Positions 19,979 to 29,326 of a DNA stretch of 64,000 nt are shown piece by piece. The notes below the pieces were generated by a model. It was not told the DNA's origin, did not search any database, and worked only from the letters and a program-made list of their open reading frames with translations. The stretch lies in NCBI GenBank assembly GCA_963666835.2, contig CAXXGO010000003.1:480001-544000 (forward strand), given 5' to 3'. Each line of letters opens with the position of its first letter. The first letter of the stretch is position 1. The position numbers were made by a program, and so were the translations under genes. This DNA is from Phycisphaerae bacterium. GTDB taxonomy: Bacteria; Planctomycetota; Phycisphaerae; UBA1845.

Positions 19979-22489
19979 CTAGCCATCACGATCGCTCCGC
20001 GGATTCTCGTTCGGTCGTGCTGGAGCGAGAATGAGCCAAGCGGCCGATACGGTCTTCAGCGCCGCCAGGAAGACGGCGCAGACGACGATACCGAACACCG
20101 GCACCAGAAGGACTCCTCCAACCAACGCCCCCAGACATGCCCCGGCATGGTCCGCGACAACGACGCGCCCCGCGGCCGTGCCGCGGTGGCCGCTCAGCCC
20201 GTACTGGATGCCGCCGGCCAGCGCAAATGTCGCTCCGCCCAGAACGCCGGTCAGCGCCACCATCGCCACTATGCACGATTCCACCAACGCAAACGTGGTC
20301 GGGTTGCTCTGCAAGGCGGCAAGGGCCGGCAGGACTGCGGGCACACTCGCTGACAGCCCCACCAGGGCAAGATCCACCGCAATAAGGCGGCTCCGGTAGT
20401 TCGTAACGCCCGTGCCGTTGCGTCCGACGCGCCTTCCGGCCAACCAGCATCCAACCACCAAACCACCCATGAACACGGCCACGATCCAACCGATTCGCTG
20501 ATAGACGTATCCATAGAGAGTCTGGAACGCAAACAGCCAGACGACGCTCAGCGCCATGGTCACGAAACCCGTGGTCCCCACCGATAGGCAGACGGTCGCC
20601 CGGGCAAACCGGAGCCCGCGCCCGATCCGGTCGTCGCCCCGGCGGCCTCCTAAGCCGGGGCTGACAGACCCCTGTACCAGCGGCAGAATCCCCGCAAAGC
20701 CCAAGGCGACAAGAAGCCATCGCCAACTGACGGAGCAGAGCCCGGCAATCACGCCCTCCGTTCCTCCGGAGGCCACTTGCTCCCACAGAGCCAGTCGCTT
20801 TAAGAAGATGAGCGGCCTTAAGTCCGTGCTGACCTCGATGTCGCCCACTGCATCCAACTCCGCCCGGCGCTGCGCTACTTTGCGTTCATCAAGCCAGTCC
20901 ACGGCCCCGTCGAACCACGCGGGATCGAACAACTCCGACCGGACCGCGCGCTCGCCGTACCTGCGAGACAGCTCCCGTGGATCGGTGGTTACCAGACCGG
21001 GTCCCGTGGCAGCAAAGATGTGCGCAGGATTCCCCCAGGAGACAGTCACCTGATCGAAGTGCCTTCCCAACGACATCCGGACCATCGCCAGGTACTCGGC
21101 AGAGACCGCAAACAACTGCCCGGGACCGGCCGCGACCGTCAGGCAAAGAACCGATCGAGGGGTCATAGCCCGGCCAAGCTCACCGAAGAACTCGTCACTG
21201 AGCAGGCGAGCACGCATGGCGGAGGTTGGCTCCGGCAGGCGTGCGATTACCAGATCGAACCTGTCCCGCTGGGTCTTCACGTAATGCCGAGCATCGCGGT
21301 GGTGTACGGTCACACGCTCATCCAACAGTGCAAGGTGGTCCTGCTTGGCCAGGTATGGATCAATCAGCTCAATAAGGCGGTCATCCGCCTCCACATAGTC
21401 CACCGTAACAACCGGATGCTGAAGCACGTTGGCCAGCAGTCCCTCCGCCCCTCCTCCGAGAACCAGGACGTTCTGCGGCGCCGGATGTTGGCACATCCAG
21501 AAATGAGCCAGCGGCACAAACGTGTAGGGATCGGGGAAGTCCGCCGACACTTGCCCGTCACAGTACAACGTGTACTGCTCGGCGAGACGCCCCACGGCGA
21601 GATTCTGGTACTTCGTTTCCGCCTCGGCACACAGCTCGTATTCCGGGGCAATCTCTCGCCACCGCCGCTCAACCAGACTGCGGTTCAAACCCTCCCCGAC
21701 CATCGCCGCGGTCACCAATAGCCAGCCTGCAATCAAGGCGAGCCCTGCCGAACCAAGGGACCGGAGTTTCAGCGCCGAAAGAAAACCCGCGGAGGCGAAG
21801 AGCGTCAAAGCCGCGCAACCCATCACGGTTTGCACCGGATTGAGGTGCTCCACCGCCCAGAACGTAAAGACCGCGCCGCCGATCAAGCTGCCCAATGATT
21901 CGAGCGCGTAAACTCTCCCCAGCGCCCTCGAACCCTCCCGCAAGCTCATTCCAGTGCGATCTTCTTCAAGAGCCCCCGGCGACCCACTCCGCCCCGCGCA
22001 GCACGCCAGGGGGAAGGCCGCACCGACAAGCGCTCCCGCCGGTGACGCCAAGACAACCGCCGCGAGGGCACTGAGCGGTAGAGGCAAGAACTCCCCGGGG
22101 CCGACGCCGAACCACGCCCGCGCTCCTCGGAACAACCACAACTCGACTCCGGTCGCCACGCTCAGCGAAACAAGCACCGTAACCAGAGCGACATCAGCCC
22201 GCCGGGTATGCCGCGACACCACTCCGCCGAGCGCGCCTCCGGCCGCCACGCCAAGAAGCCACGCGAACAGAACCAGCCCCCACGCAAGCTCGCTCCCGAA
22301 CATCAGAACTAGGGCCTCACGAATGAGCAACGACTGGATCACAATCGCCTGGACGCCCCAGGCCACGACGAGCAGGCCCAACCACACCCGACATCCGGGC
22401 GTTCTTCCGGAGAGCATCTGCGATTCTGCGGCTGCGGGCACGGGGTTCCGTCCTTTATCGACACCGACAGTGTCCGCGTATACTATCAT
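19979..22489 (-). CDS. Fused membrane (MFS-like) / spermidine-synthase-like SAM-binding protein
   Basis: TM blocks at both ends (VYALESLGSLIG; YGYVY..IG...A.FM.GL..G) around ETKYQNL..., VLVLGGG, VDYVE.D and DAR.YV. Start may be ATG 22417. Confidence 0.85.
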   Translation of the reverse strand: MIVYADTVGVDKGRNPVPAAAESQMLSGRTPGCRVWLGLLVVAWGVQAIVIQSLLIREALVLMFGSELAWGLVLFAWLLGVAAGGALGGVVSRHTRRADVALVTVLVSLSVATGVELWLFRGARAWFGVGPGEFLPLPLSALAAVVLASPAGALVGAAFPLACCAGRSGSPGALEEDRTGMSLREGSRALGRVYALESLGSLIGGAVFTFWAVEHLNPVQTVMGCAALTLFASAGFLSALKLRSLGSAGLALIAGWLLVTAAMVGEGLNRSLVERRWREIAPEYELCAEAETKYQNLAVGRLAEQYTLYCDGQVSADFPDPYTFVPLAHFWMCQHPAPQNVLVLGGGAEGLLANVLQHPVVTVDYVEADDRLIELIDPYLAKQDHLALLDERVTVHHRDARHYVKTQRDRFDLVIARLPEPTSAMRARLLSDEFFGELGRAMTPRSVLCLTVAAGPGQLFAVSAEYLAMVRMSLGRHFDQVTVSWGNPAHIFAATGPGLVTTDPRELSRRYGERAVRSELFDPAWFDGAVDWLDERKVAQRRAELDAVGDIEVSTDLRPLIFLKRLALWEQVASGGTEGVIAGLCSVSWRWLLVALGFAGILPLVQGSVSPGLGGRRGDDRIGRGLRFARATVCLSVGTTGFVTMALSVVWLFAFQTLYGYVYQRIGWIVAVFMGGLVVGCWLAGRRVGRNGTGVTNYRSRLIAVDLALVGLSASVPAVLPALAALQSNPTTFALVESCIVAMVALTGVLGGATFALAGGIQYGLSGHRGTAAGRVVVADHAGACLGALVGGVLLVPVFGIVVCAVFLAALKTVSAAWLILAPARPNENPRSDRDG

Positions 22490-22604
22490 CCCCGTCCTGG
22501 AAAGACACGGCCCACCCGAGGTCCTGCCGAGACTTTGTCCCGTCGGGTGTATCCTTCACGGCAGCGGCCGGAGTGCTCGTTTCCACGGCGTAAGTGGTGA
22601 TCGG

Positions 22605-23702
22605 ATGGACGACCACACAAGTGACACAACTCTGACGCGCCGCGAACTGATCGCGCGAGGTGCCGGAGCGCTCGTGACAACCGGCGTCGCGGCCGCAGCC
22701 GGGATGTTGCTCCATGAATCCGGAGATGCCCCACAGCGTAAGCCCGACGCCGCCGCGCGTCTTCCGGATTACTTCGCAGCGATCGACTTCCCCCAATCGA
22801 ACCCGCGGATCAGCATCGCCGGCGGGACTGAGGATCGGATCGGGCAGATGGTCCGTGCGGCCGTAAACGGGCTCGCCCCGTCACAAGGGATGGGAGCGTT
22901 TGTCTCTTCCGGGGATGTGGTGCTGATCAAACCGAACGCCGGCTTCGACCGGCCGGTCCGACTGGGGGCCACGACGCATCCGGAAGTCGTCCGCGGGCTG
23001 CTGCGCATGTGCCGAGAGGCCGGGGCGCGCAGAATAATCGTAACCGACAACCCGATCGAAGATCCGCAGTCCTGTTTCGCAAGAACAGGGATCGGCGATG
23101 TTGCCCGAGAAGAAGGCGCTGAAGTCGTCCTGCCAGTCAGAAGCGGGTTCCGGGAGGTCATGGTTCGTCAGCGCCGTCCCCAGCGGGCCGCCGGCGAGAT
23201 TCTGGAACATTGGCCGATGCTGTTCGAACCGCTGGCCGCGGCAACCAAGGTCATCGGGGTCGCCCCGGTGAAGGACCACAGCCTCTGCGGCGCATCGATG
23301 AACCTCAAGAACTGGTACGGGCTGCTGGGTGGTCGCCGTCACCAGCTTCACCAGGCGATCCACGAGACGATCAGCGATCTCGCCATGCTGATCAGCCCGA
23401 CGCTGGTGGTGGCGGACGGCACTCGGGTCATGATGCAAAACGGTCCGACCGGAGGGCGAATCAGCGATGTCCAGGCCGGTGGACGGATCGGCCGGCCGGT
23501 GGTCGTAGCCGCGGTCGACCCGGTCGCCTGCGATGCATGGTGCTTCGAGAACCTGCTGGGGCGCGATCCCGGCACGTTGGCCTATCTAGAGTATGCCCAG
23601 AGGAAGATCGAAGTTGCTGTTTCCCAAGGCACGCACCGTTTCGGTCGGTGCGACTGGCGGGAATACGAGAGGCTAGGGCAAATAGCCTCCAGCGGAGTCT
23701 GA
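22605..23702 (+). CDS. DUF362 domain protein with a Tat signal
   Basis: LTRRELI twin-arginine leader, GDVVLIKPN, ATTHPEVV, KDH...G.S..LKNWYG and D.VA.D. The ORF-track start at 21954 overlaps the opposite gene, so ATG 22605 is used. Confidence 0.9.
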   Translation: MDDHTSDTTLTRRELIARGAGALVTTGVAAAAGMLLHESGDAPQRKPDAAARLPDYFAAIDFPQSNPRISIAGGTEDRIGQMVRAAVNGLAPSQGMGAFVSSGDVVLIKPNAGFDRPVRLGATTHPEVVRGLLRMCREAGARRIIVTDNPIEDPQSCFARTGIGDVAREEGAEVVLPVRSGFREVMVRQRRPQRAAGEILEHWPMLFEPLAAATKVIGVAPVKDHSLCGASMNLKNWYGLLGGRRHQLHQAIHETISDLAMLISPTLVVADGTRVMMQNGPTGGRISDVQAGGRIGRPVVVAAVDPVACDAWCFENLLGRDPGTLAYLEYAQRKIEVAVSQGTHRFGRCDWREYERLGQIASSGV

Positions 23703-23706
23703 ACAG

Positions 23707-25566
23707 ATGCCGGATACCGGTCACACCCGCAAGGGATCGGCGGTAGGAGCAAACCTCCTTCGCATCACGACCGTACGCATCATCGTCCAGACCCTGTGCT
23801 TTATCCTCTTTCTGTCGTTCGTGCTGCTCACGAGTTTCGCCAATCTCGATCGCCACCCCGGCCTGCGTATGTGGGTAAGCAAGTTCATCGAAGTCGACCC
23901 GCTAATCAGCCTTGGTACTGCCTTGACGACCCACACGGTCTATCAGGGGCTCCTGTGGTCTTTGGTAATACTGATTCCAACGCTCTTTTTCGGGCGGTTC
24001 TTCTGCAGTTGGATCTGCCCGGCCGGCTCCCTGAACCACTTCGTGGGCTGGGCGTTCAATCGGCGCAATCGCGATGAGCGGATTGCATCGAACCGATATC
24101 GCCGGGCGTATCAGTTGAAGTACCTCGTTCTCATCGCGCTATTGGCGGCGGCCGCGTGCGGTACGCTCCAAGTCGGGCTGCTGGATCCGATCTCCTTGCT
24201 GTACAGGTCTTTCACCGGCGCGGTACTGCCCGCGGCCAGCATGCCGACCGGGCGTTTCTTTGATGATCCGCGGTTCTATCAGGGAGCTCTGCTGATCGGG
24301 TCCATGCTGTTCGCGGTAGTTGCCCTGAATCTGGTGATTCCCCGGTTCTTCTGTCGGGTGCTGTGTCCGCTTGGCGCGCTCATGGGCGTCTTAAGCCGGT
24401 TTGCGTGGTGGCGGATTGAGCGCGACGAAGCGAAGTGCGTCGACTGTGGCCAGTGCCTGATCGACTGCGAGGGCGCGTGCGACCCACATCTGAGAATCCG
24501 CTCCAGTGAGTGTCTGGTCTGCCTCAACTGCATTGAACAATGCCCGCATGGCGCCCGACGTTTCGGTTTCCTGCCCGACCCGCGGGATTCCATACGCACG
24601 CCGGACGTTCCCAGGCGCCGTGCTATTCTGGCGGTGCTGGGGGGGATTCTGTTCTTCCCCTTCGCTCGGACCTCCGGAAGAACGACGCGGGCGTTCGCAT
24701 CAACGGTGATTCGACCGCCCGGTGCCGTCGAGGAACTGGACTTCCTGGAGCGCTGCACAAAGTGCGACCAGTGCATCCGGGCATGTCCGACGAATACTCT
24801 GCAACCCGCCGGTTTGCAGGCGGGGCTGGAAGGTCTGTGGACACCCATTCTCGATTTCCGCATCGGGTTCTGCCAACGGCATTGCACGGCCTGTGGCCAG
24901 GTGTGCCCGACCGGGGCCATTCAGCGTCTTTCCGTATCGCAGAAACTGGGCCTGGGTGAGTTTCGCGGCGACGGGCCGATCAGGCTGGGTACCGCGCACG
25001 TCGATCCCGGGCGATGCCTACCTATCAGCAAAGACATTCCATGCACAGTGTGCGAGGAGGTGTGTCCGACCAGCCCCAAGGCGATTCTCCCACAACGGCG
25101 GAGGCATATCGTTCGGGACGGTATCAAGACGGTGGTCAGCGCTACCGCGCGAACCGTCACCATACTCCAGCCGCTGGAAGACGGGACGGCGGACAACGCC
25201 TCCCCGGTACTTAGCCCCAACTGCTGGCAAGGCGATGGCACCACCGCATACCTGGCCGACGTACATCATCTTGACGGAGAGACGGAAACACACCGGCTCG
25301 CCGGCAACACTACCGACACTCTGCGGATCGACGGCAGCTTCGCCCGCATTCCCCAAGCCGGTTCCAGGGTGGTTGTCCACATTGAGTTAACGGCTCCGCA
25401 GGTCGACGCCGATCGCTGTGTCGGCTGTGGAATCTGCGAGACGAAATGCCCGATCGTCGGGGATCGTCGGGGAATATACGTCACCGCCGAAGATGAAACC
25501 CGATCCCGTCGACACCGCGACCCCGATCGCAACCGCTCGGTGAGGCCGGTACGCTCCGCAGAGTGA
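23707..25566 (+). CDS. Membrane polyferredoxin (NapH/MauN-like + NapG/MauM-like fusion)
   Basis: GRFFCSWICP.G, RFFCRVLCPLGA, several CxxCxxCxxxCP motifs and IRPPGA..E..F...C.KC..C. Starts 4 nt after the DUF362 gene. Confidence 0.92.
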   Translation: MPDTGHTRKGSAVGANLLRITTVRIIVQTLCFILFLSFVLLTSFANLDRHPGLRMWVSKFIEVDPLISLGTALTTHTVYQGLLWSLVILIPTLFFGRFFCSWICPAGSLNHFVGWAFNRRNRDERIASNRYRRAYQLKYLVLIALLAAAACGTLQVGLLDPISLLYRSFTGAVLPAASMPTGRFFDDPRFYQGALLIGSMLFAVVALNLVIPRFFCRVLCPLGALMGVLSRFAWWRIERDEAKCVDCGQCLIDCEGACDPHLRIRSSECLVCLNCIEQCPHGARRFGFLPDPRDSIRTPDVPRRRAILAVLGGILFFPFARTSGRTTRAFASTVIRPPGAVEELDFLERCTKCDQCIRACPTNTLQPAGLQAGLEGLWTPILDFRIGFCQRHCTACGQVCPTGAIQRLSVSQKLGLGEFRGDGPIRLGTAHVDPGRCLPISKDIPCTVCEEVCPTSPKAILPQRRRHIVRDGIKTVVSATARTVTILQPLEDGTADNASPVLSPNCWQGDGTTAYLADVHHLDGETETHRLAGNTTDTLRIDGSFARIPQAGSRVVVHIELTAPQVDADRCVGCGICETKCPIVGDRRGIYVTAEDETRSRRHRDPDRNRSVRPVRSAE

Positions 25567-25594
25567 CCAACCGCGTTGAATCCGCTATCAAGTC

Positions 25595-25663
25595 GTCACA
25601 CGTAAAAGTCCGGGGCCAATCCACACCGTGTCCCGTCCCTGCACTGCTCAAGAGCAGTGGCAC
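25595..25663. repeat. About 70-bp dispersed repeat, second copy
   Basis: GTCACACGTAAAAGTCCGGGGCCAATCC...GCACTGCTCAAGAGCAGTGGCAC matches 15816-15884. Confidence 0.85.
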
Positions 25664-25714
25664 ACCCGAGAACCCAGGCGTTATGTGGCACTAGCGTGCT
25701 ACCGCTCGCTTCGG

Positions 25715-28700
25715 TCATCGTCTCGTGGGCGGCAGCAACCCAACCGTTGCACGGGAAGCGCGCGTATTGTACTTGCGCAGGTACTCCTGGTGCTCAGGCG
25801 TGGTCGGATAGTGCTCGGTATCGGGATACGGATAACCCGACATACCGTGGAACGGCAGCGGCGTAACCCTCTCGGAGAACTTGGTATTCAGATCACCGTC
25901 TTTGACCCAGCCGTCTGCGAAGAACACGAAATCGCGGGTCCACCCGGCCGGCAGGGGCGGCAATCCCCGGGCATCAAACCGCATCGCCAGCTCATCACCG
26001 GGGCCGAAGATAACGTACATGTCGTCCGGCGTATCCAGCAGCTCGGTAACCTCCCCGTAGCGCGTGAACATCCCCGCCGGAGGACTCCACGAACCGGTCA
26101 GACTTACGTCAGCGTAGTCAAAACGCTCGAAGCCGTGTCGGTCGCGCGTCATTCTGGAGAAGCCGCGATAGTGCAGATCCGCATGCGCCACGGCCAGTTC
26201 CGTCACCCGACATCGATCCGCTTCGTCTTCTGTCGCAATAGAAACGCGGTCGAAGTAAACGCATAGATTAGTGGCAAGACGGATCTTACAGTCCGCAGAG
26301 GGGAAAAACCCGGTCAGATCGAGGGGCACGGTTATGCCCTTACTCGTTGGTAGTCCGACGGACTCTATCACGTTAGTCCAGCGTCCTTGTTCGTCTCGGA
26401 CCTCCAACGTAAGCGGAGCAAGCGCATACCGCGGATCCTGCCCGATCGCCATTCCGATACTCGATTCCGGCCAGTAGATCCATGCGTCGAGGAATAACAG
26501 GATCCTTTCCGCCTTGGACAGGTCTCCAAGGTCAATAACCAATGAATGCGGTTCGGCAAGCCCGTCGTATTGCGTGATCAGCGGAAACTCGGGGAACCGG
26601 CCGTCATGCTCCAGAATCAGTGGCAGCACGTCGGCACCGCGGTCATCCACAGCGGAAACCGGTGCATGCTGCGCGGACACGGCATAGAGCTTGTCTTCGG
26701 GTGGAGGCGAGGCGAACATCTCGTTGGGAATGACCGTAAGTTCCGCCGGGCGATCGACCACCCGTAGCGTGATCTGATCCGCGTACGTAATCTCTCGGAG
26801 CTCCTCCGTCAGACGCAGCTCGTAGAACCCGTCCCGTAGTTTCAGTTGCTCCGCTTCAATCTTCGTCAGCTCGGTGTGGTCGAGGGGATAATACACGCCC
26901 GGTGCCATCGGGACGCCCAACGGACCGATACCCAGAATCTCGTTGACCAACTCGAACCCGGAACCGTTGTAGCTATACAGGAAACCGCACGAGGCGGAGA
27001 CTTTCACGTACTCAACGACCGTCAGAACCTCGTTGATCGCAGGATGAACCACATTCTGAGAGACGCCGTTGGGCCAAGTGACTCGCACAACGTCAAGTTC
27101 CTTGAGATTCCCCAGCCCGAAATGAACCGGTCCGCGAACGTAAGTCCTCTTCTGGTAGTGACCGCCCGAGGCAATCTCGACTGTTGCGCCGTAACCACTC
27201 TTGTTGACTTTCTTGCCCACCAGATGCACGTTGATCCAGTTTTGCGGGTTGGCGTTGCGGTTCTCCAAGAAGACCAAGCCACGATCTGCGGTCCGCAGAA
27301 GCAGATCCAGATCACCGTCGCGATCGAAATCGCCATAGGCCGCGGCCATCGCCCGACGAGCAAACTCGCCCAGACCAACTTCCTTCGAGACGTCCGTAAA
27401 CCGCCCCGCACCGGCACCTGCCAGCAAGTTCACGTGTTCACCGCGTGCGGACACCAGCAGCAGATCGCTCCACCCATCGTTGTTGAAGTCCAGGACCTCG
27501 ATATCCCGTACGCCGTCTGCGGCAGGACCTTCCGGCAACGGAACTGTTTCGCCGTGGAAGACATTCCCACCTTCGTTGCGGTACAAGTACAGCTCGCGGC
27601 CCACGGCAACGAGAAAGTCGGGGCGGCCATCGCGGTTGAAGTCCCCCTGCGCCGCCACGCCGGCGTCCCTTCCTATTGGGGGAGAGAACTCTCCTCCGAC
27701 CTTGAAGGCGCCCATACGCTGATTGACGAAAAGTCGGGAGTCTCCGCCCCCGTTCACGACAAAGAGATCCATATCGTGGTCCCCGTCGAAATCGCCAAAG
27801 ACGGCATCGAGACTCTCGCTGAAGCCGACCAGTAGCCCGGCTTCGTCGGTCTGATCGGTGAAGGTACCGTTCCCGTTATTGCGGAGCAGGCTATTACCGG
27901 CTCCGCCGTCGACGGCCCAGTTGGCGGCGAAGAGGTCCAGGTCGTTATCGTGATCGTAGTCAAAGAAGACCGCCCTGCGCCCGTGATGAGGCTCATCGAC
28001 CCGAGCCGCCTCCGACACGTTCTCGAAAGTCCCGTCGCCGTTGTTACGGTAGAGCACATTCGAACCGGCATTCACGACGTACAGATCCGCATCCCCGTCG
28101 TTGTCATAGTCCCCAAAGATTGCATCGAGACCGATACCGTCATCACCGACGCCGGCGGCACTGGTAACATCGGAGAATCGTCCCGCGCCATCGTTTTGGT
28201 AGAGGCGGTTCCTCAAGGGATCCTTTCCGGAATCACATTCGGCAACATAGACATCAAGATCGCCGTCGCCGTCGTAGTCTGCCACGCTGAGACCATCACC
28301 GCGTAAGCAAACCGCAGAATCACCTCCGTCGGCGGCCCGTTCCGGAGACGTGCTTGGCTCCACCATAAGGCCGACGTTGTTTGTCACGTCAACGAAGTGA
28401 ATCCCCTCCCCAGTAAGCGGCTCCAGATCCGGCGTCAGACGCGGGGCCTCTATGATGTAAGAGTACTTACTGCGTTCCAGAGCCTCCTGGGTCTTCTCCG
28501 ACTCATCAACGGTGTCTTTGATCAAGTCGAAGATCTCCCGGTGGCGGGCGGCGTCATCCACCCGGCCCAAGCGGCGGTAGAGCGTAATCAACTGATAATG
28601 CGAGCTGGGATGCTGCGGGGCTACGCGAACCGCCCCCAGGACGGCCTCAACGGCTTGCTCGTACTTCTTCTGAAACTTGAAGCAAACACCCAGATTGTAA

Positions 28701-29128
28701 TACGCCCCCATGCACTCCGGATCATGCTCGATAACGTGCTCCAGGTTTGCCACAGCCTTGTCATATTCGCCAATGCGCTTGCAGACGATTCCATCAACGT
28801 AGTAAGCCGCGAGCAGATCCGGATCCGCCGCCCGGGCTTTCTCGAGAGCAGCCCGAGCCTCGTCATACTCCGCGGCCCGCATCAGAACGAGGCCCAGATT
28901 GAAGTAGTCCGTCGCGGACTTGTCGGTCAAAGCGATGCATCGCCGAAACTCCTCCGCCGCCTCAGTGAACTTGTCGTTCTCGTAGTGAGCCTTACCGACA
29001 AGTCGGCGCTGGTCCAACTCATTCCAATGAGCGTCGCCCACCTCGTCAGCCCCGGCCGAGCCGGCCGCCAGGCACCATGTGGCAAGAGTGAACAAAGCCG
29101 CTGCTCTTACGTTAGTATTGAATTGCAC
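25715..29128 (-). CDS. Secreted TPR + FG-GAP/VCBS propeller + ASPIC/UnbV protein with a long C-terminal extension
   Basis: Signal peptide, TPRs, many D.D.DGD.DL repeats, N.SG.GA.V...HFGLG....D...V.WP.G, then an SC.FLY..NG..FE extension. GTG 29128 follows a GAGGAG RBS. Confidence 0.9.
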   Translation of the reverse strand: MQFNTNVRAAALFTLATWCLAAGSAGADEVGDAHWNELDQRRLVGKAHYENDKFTEAAEEFRRCIALTDKSATDYFNLGLVLMRAAEYDEARAALEKARAADPDLLAAYYVDGIVCKRIGEYDKAVANLEHVIEHDPECMGAYYNLGVCFKFQKKYEQAVEAVLGAVRVAPQHPSSHYQLITLYRRLGRVDDAARHREIFDLIKDTVDESEKTQEALERSKYSYIIEAPRLTPDLEPLTGEGIHFVDVTNNVGLMVEPSTSPERAADGGDSAVCLRGDGLSVADYDGDGDLDVYVAECDSGKDPLRNRLYQNDGAGRFSDVTSAAGVGDDGIGLDAIFGDYDNDGDADLYVVNAGSNVLYRNNGDGTFENVSEAARVDEPHHGRRAVFFDYDHDNDLDLFAANWAVDGGAGNSLLRNNGNGTFTDQTDEAGLLVGFSESLDAVFGDFDGDHDMDLFVVNGGGDSRLFVNQRMGAFKVGGEFSPPIGRDAGVAAQGDFNRDGRPDFLVAVGRELYLYRNEGGNVFHGETVPLPEGPAADGVRDIEVLDFNNDGWSDLLLVSARGEHVNLLAGAGAGRFTDVSKEVGLGEFARRAMAAAYGDFDRDGDLDLLLRTADRGLVFLENRNANPQNWINVHLVGKKVNKSGYGATVEIASGGHYQKRTYVRGPVHFGLGNLKELDVVRVTWPNGVSQNVVHPAINEVLTVVEYVKVSASCGFLYSYNGSGFELVNEILGIGPLGVPMAPGVYYPLDHTELTKIEAEQLKLRDGFYELRLTEELREITYADQITLRVVDRPAELTVIPNEMFASPPPEDKLYAVSAQHAPVSAVDDRGADVLPLILEHDGRFPEFPLITQYDGLAEPHSLVIDLGDLSKAERILLFLDAWIYWPESSIGMAIGQDPRYALAPLTLEVRDEQGRWTNVIESVGLPTSKGITVPLDLTGFFPSADCKIRLATNLCVYFDRVSIATEDEADRCRVTELAVAHADLHYRGFSRMTRDRHGFERFDYADVSLTGSWSPPAGMFTRYGEVTELLDTPDDMYVIFGPGDELAMRFDARGLPPLPAGWTRDFVFFADGWVKDGDLNTKFSERVTPLPFHGMSGYPYPDTEHYPTTPEHQEYLRKYNTRASRATVGLLPPTRR

Positions 29129-29326
29129 GACAGTTTTCTCCTCTCGAATCGTGGTCAATCCCGAATTGTACAGCGCGCCGTCGAGAAAGGGGATCGGTCC
29201 GCGCCGGTTTCTTAACACCCGGCACTCCCGTGCGGTGCCTTATCCGCCCATCAACAACTATGGCGAGCCGGCGCTAATCCGACGCACAACTCGCCCGTTA
29301 ACGAAATCGAGCGCCGCCGGTCCGTA

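Noticed and set aside
21954..22604. N-terminal 217 aa of the 582-aa ORF
   Set aside because: Overlaps the opposite-strand gene and is low complexity. The DUF362 protein starts at the Tat leader (22605).
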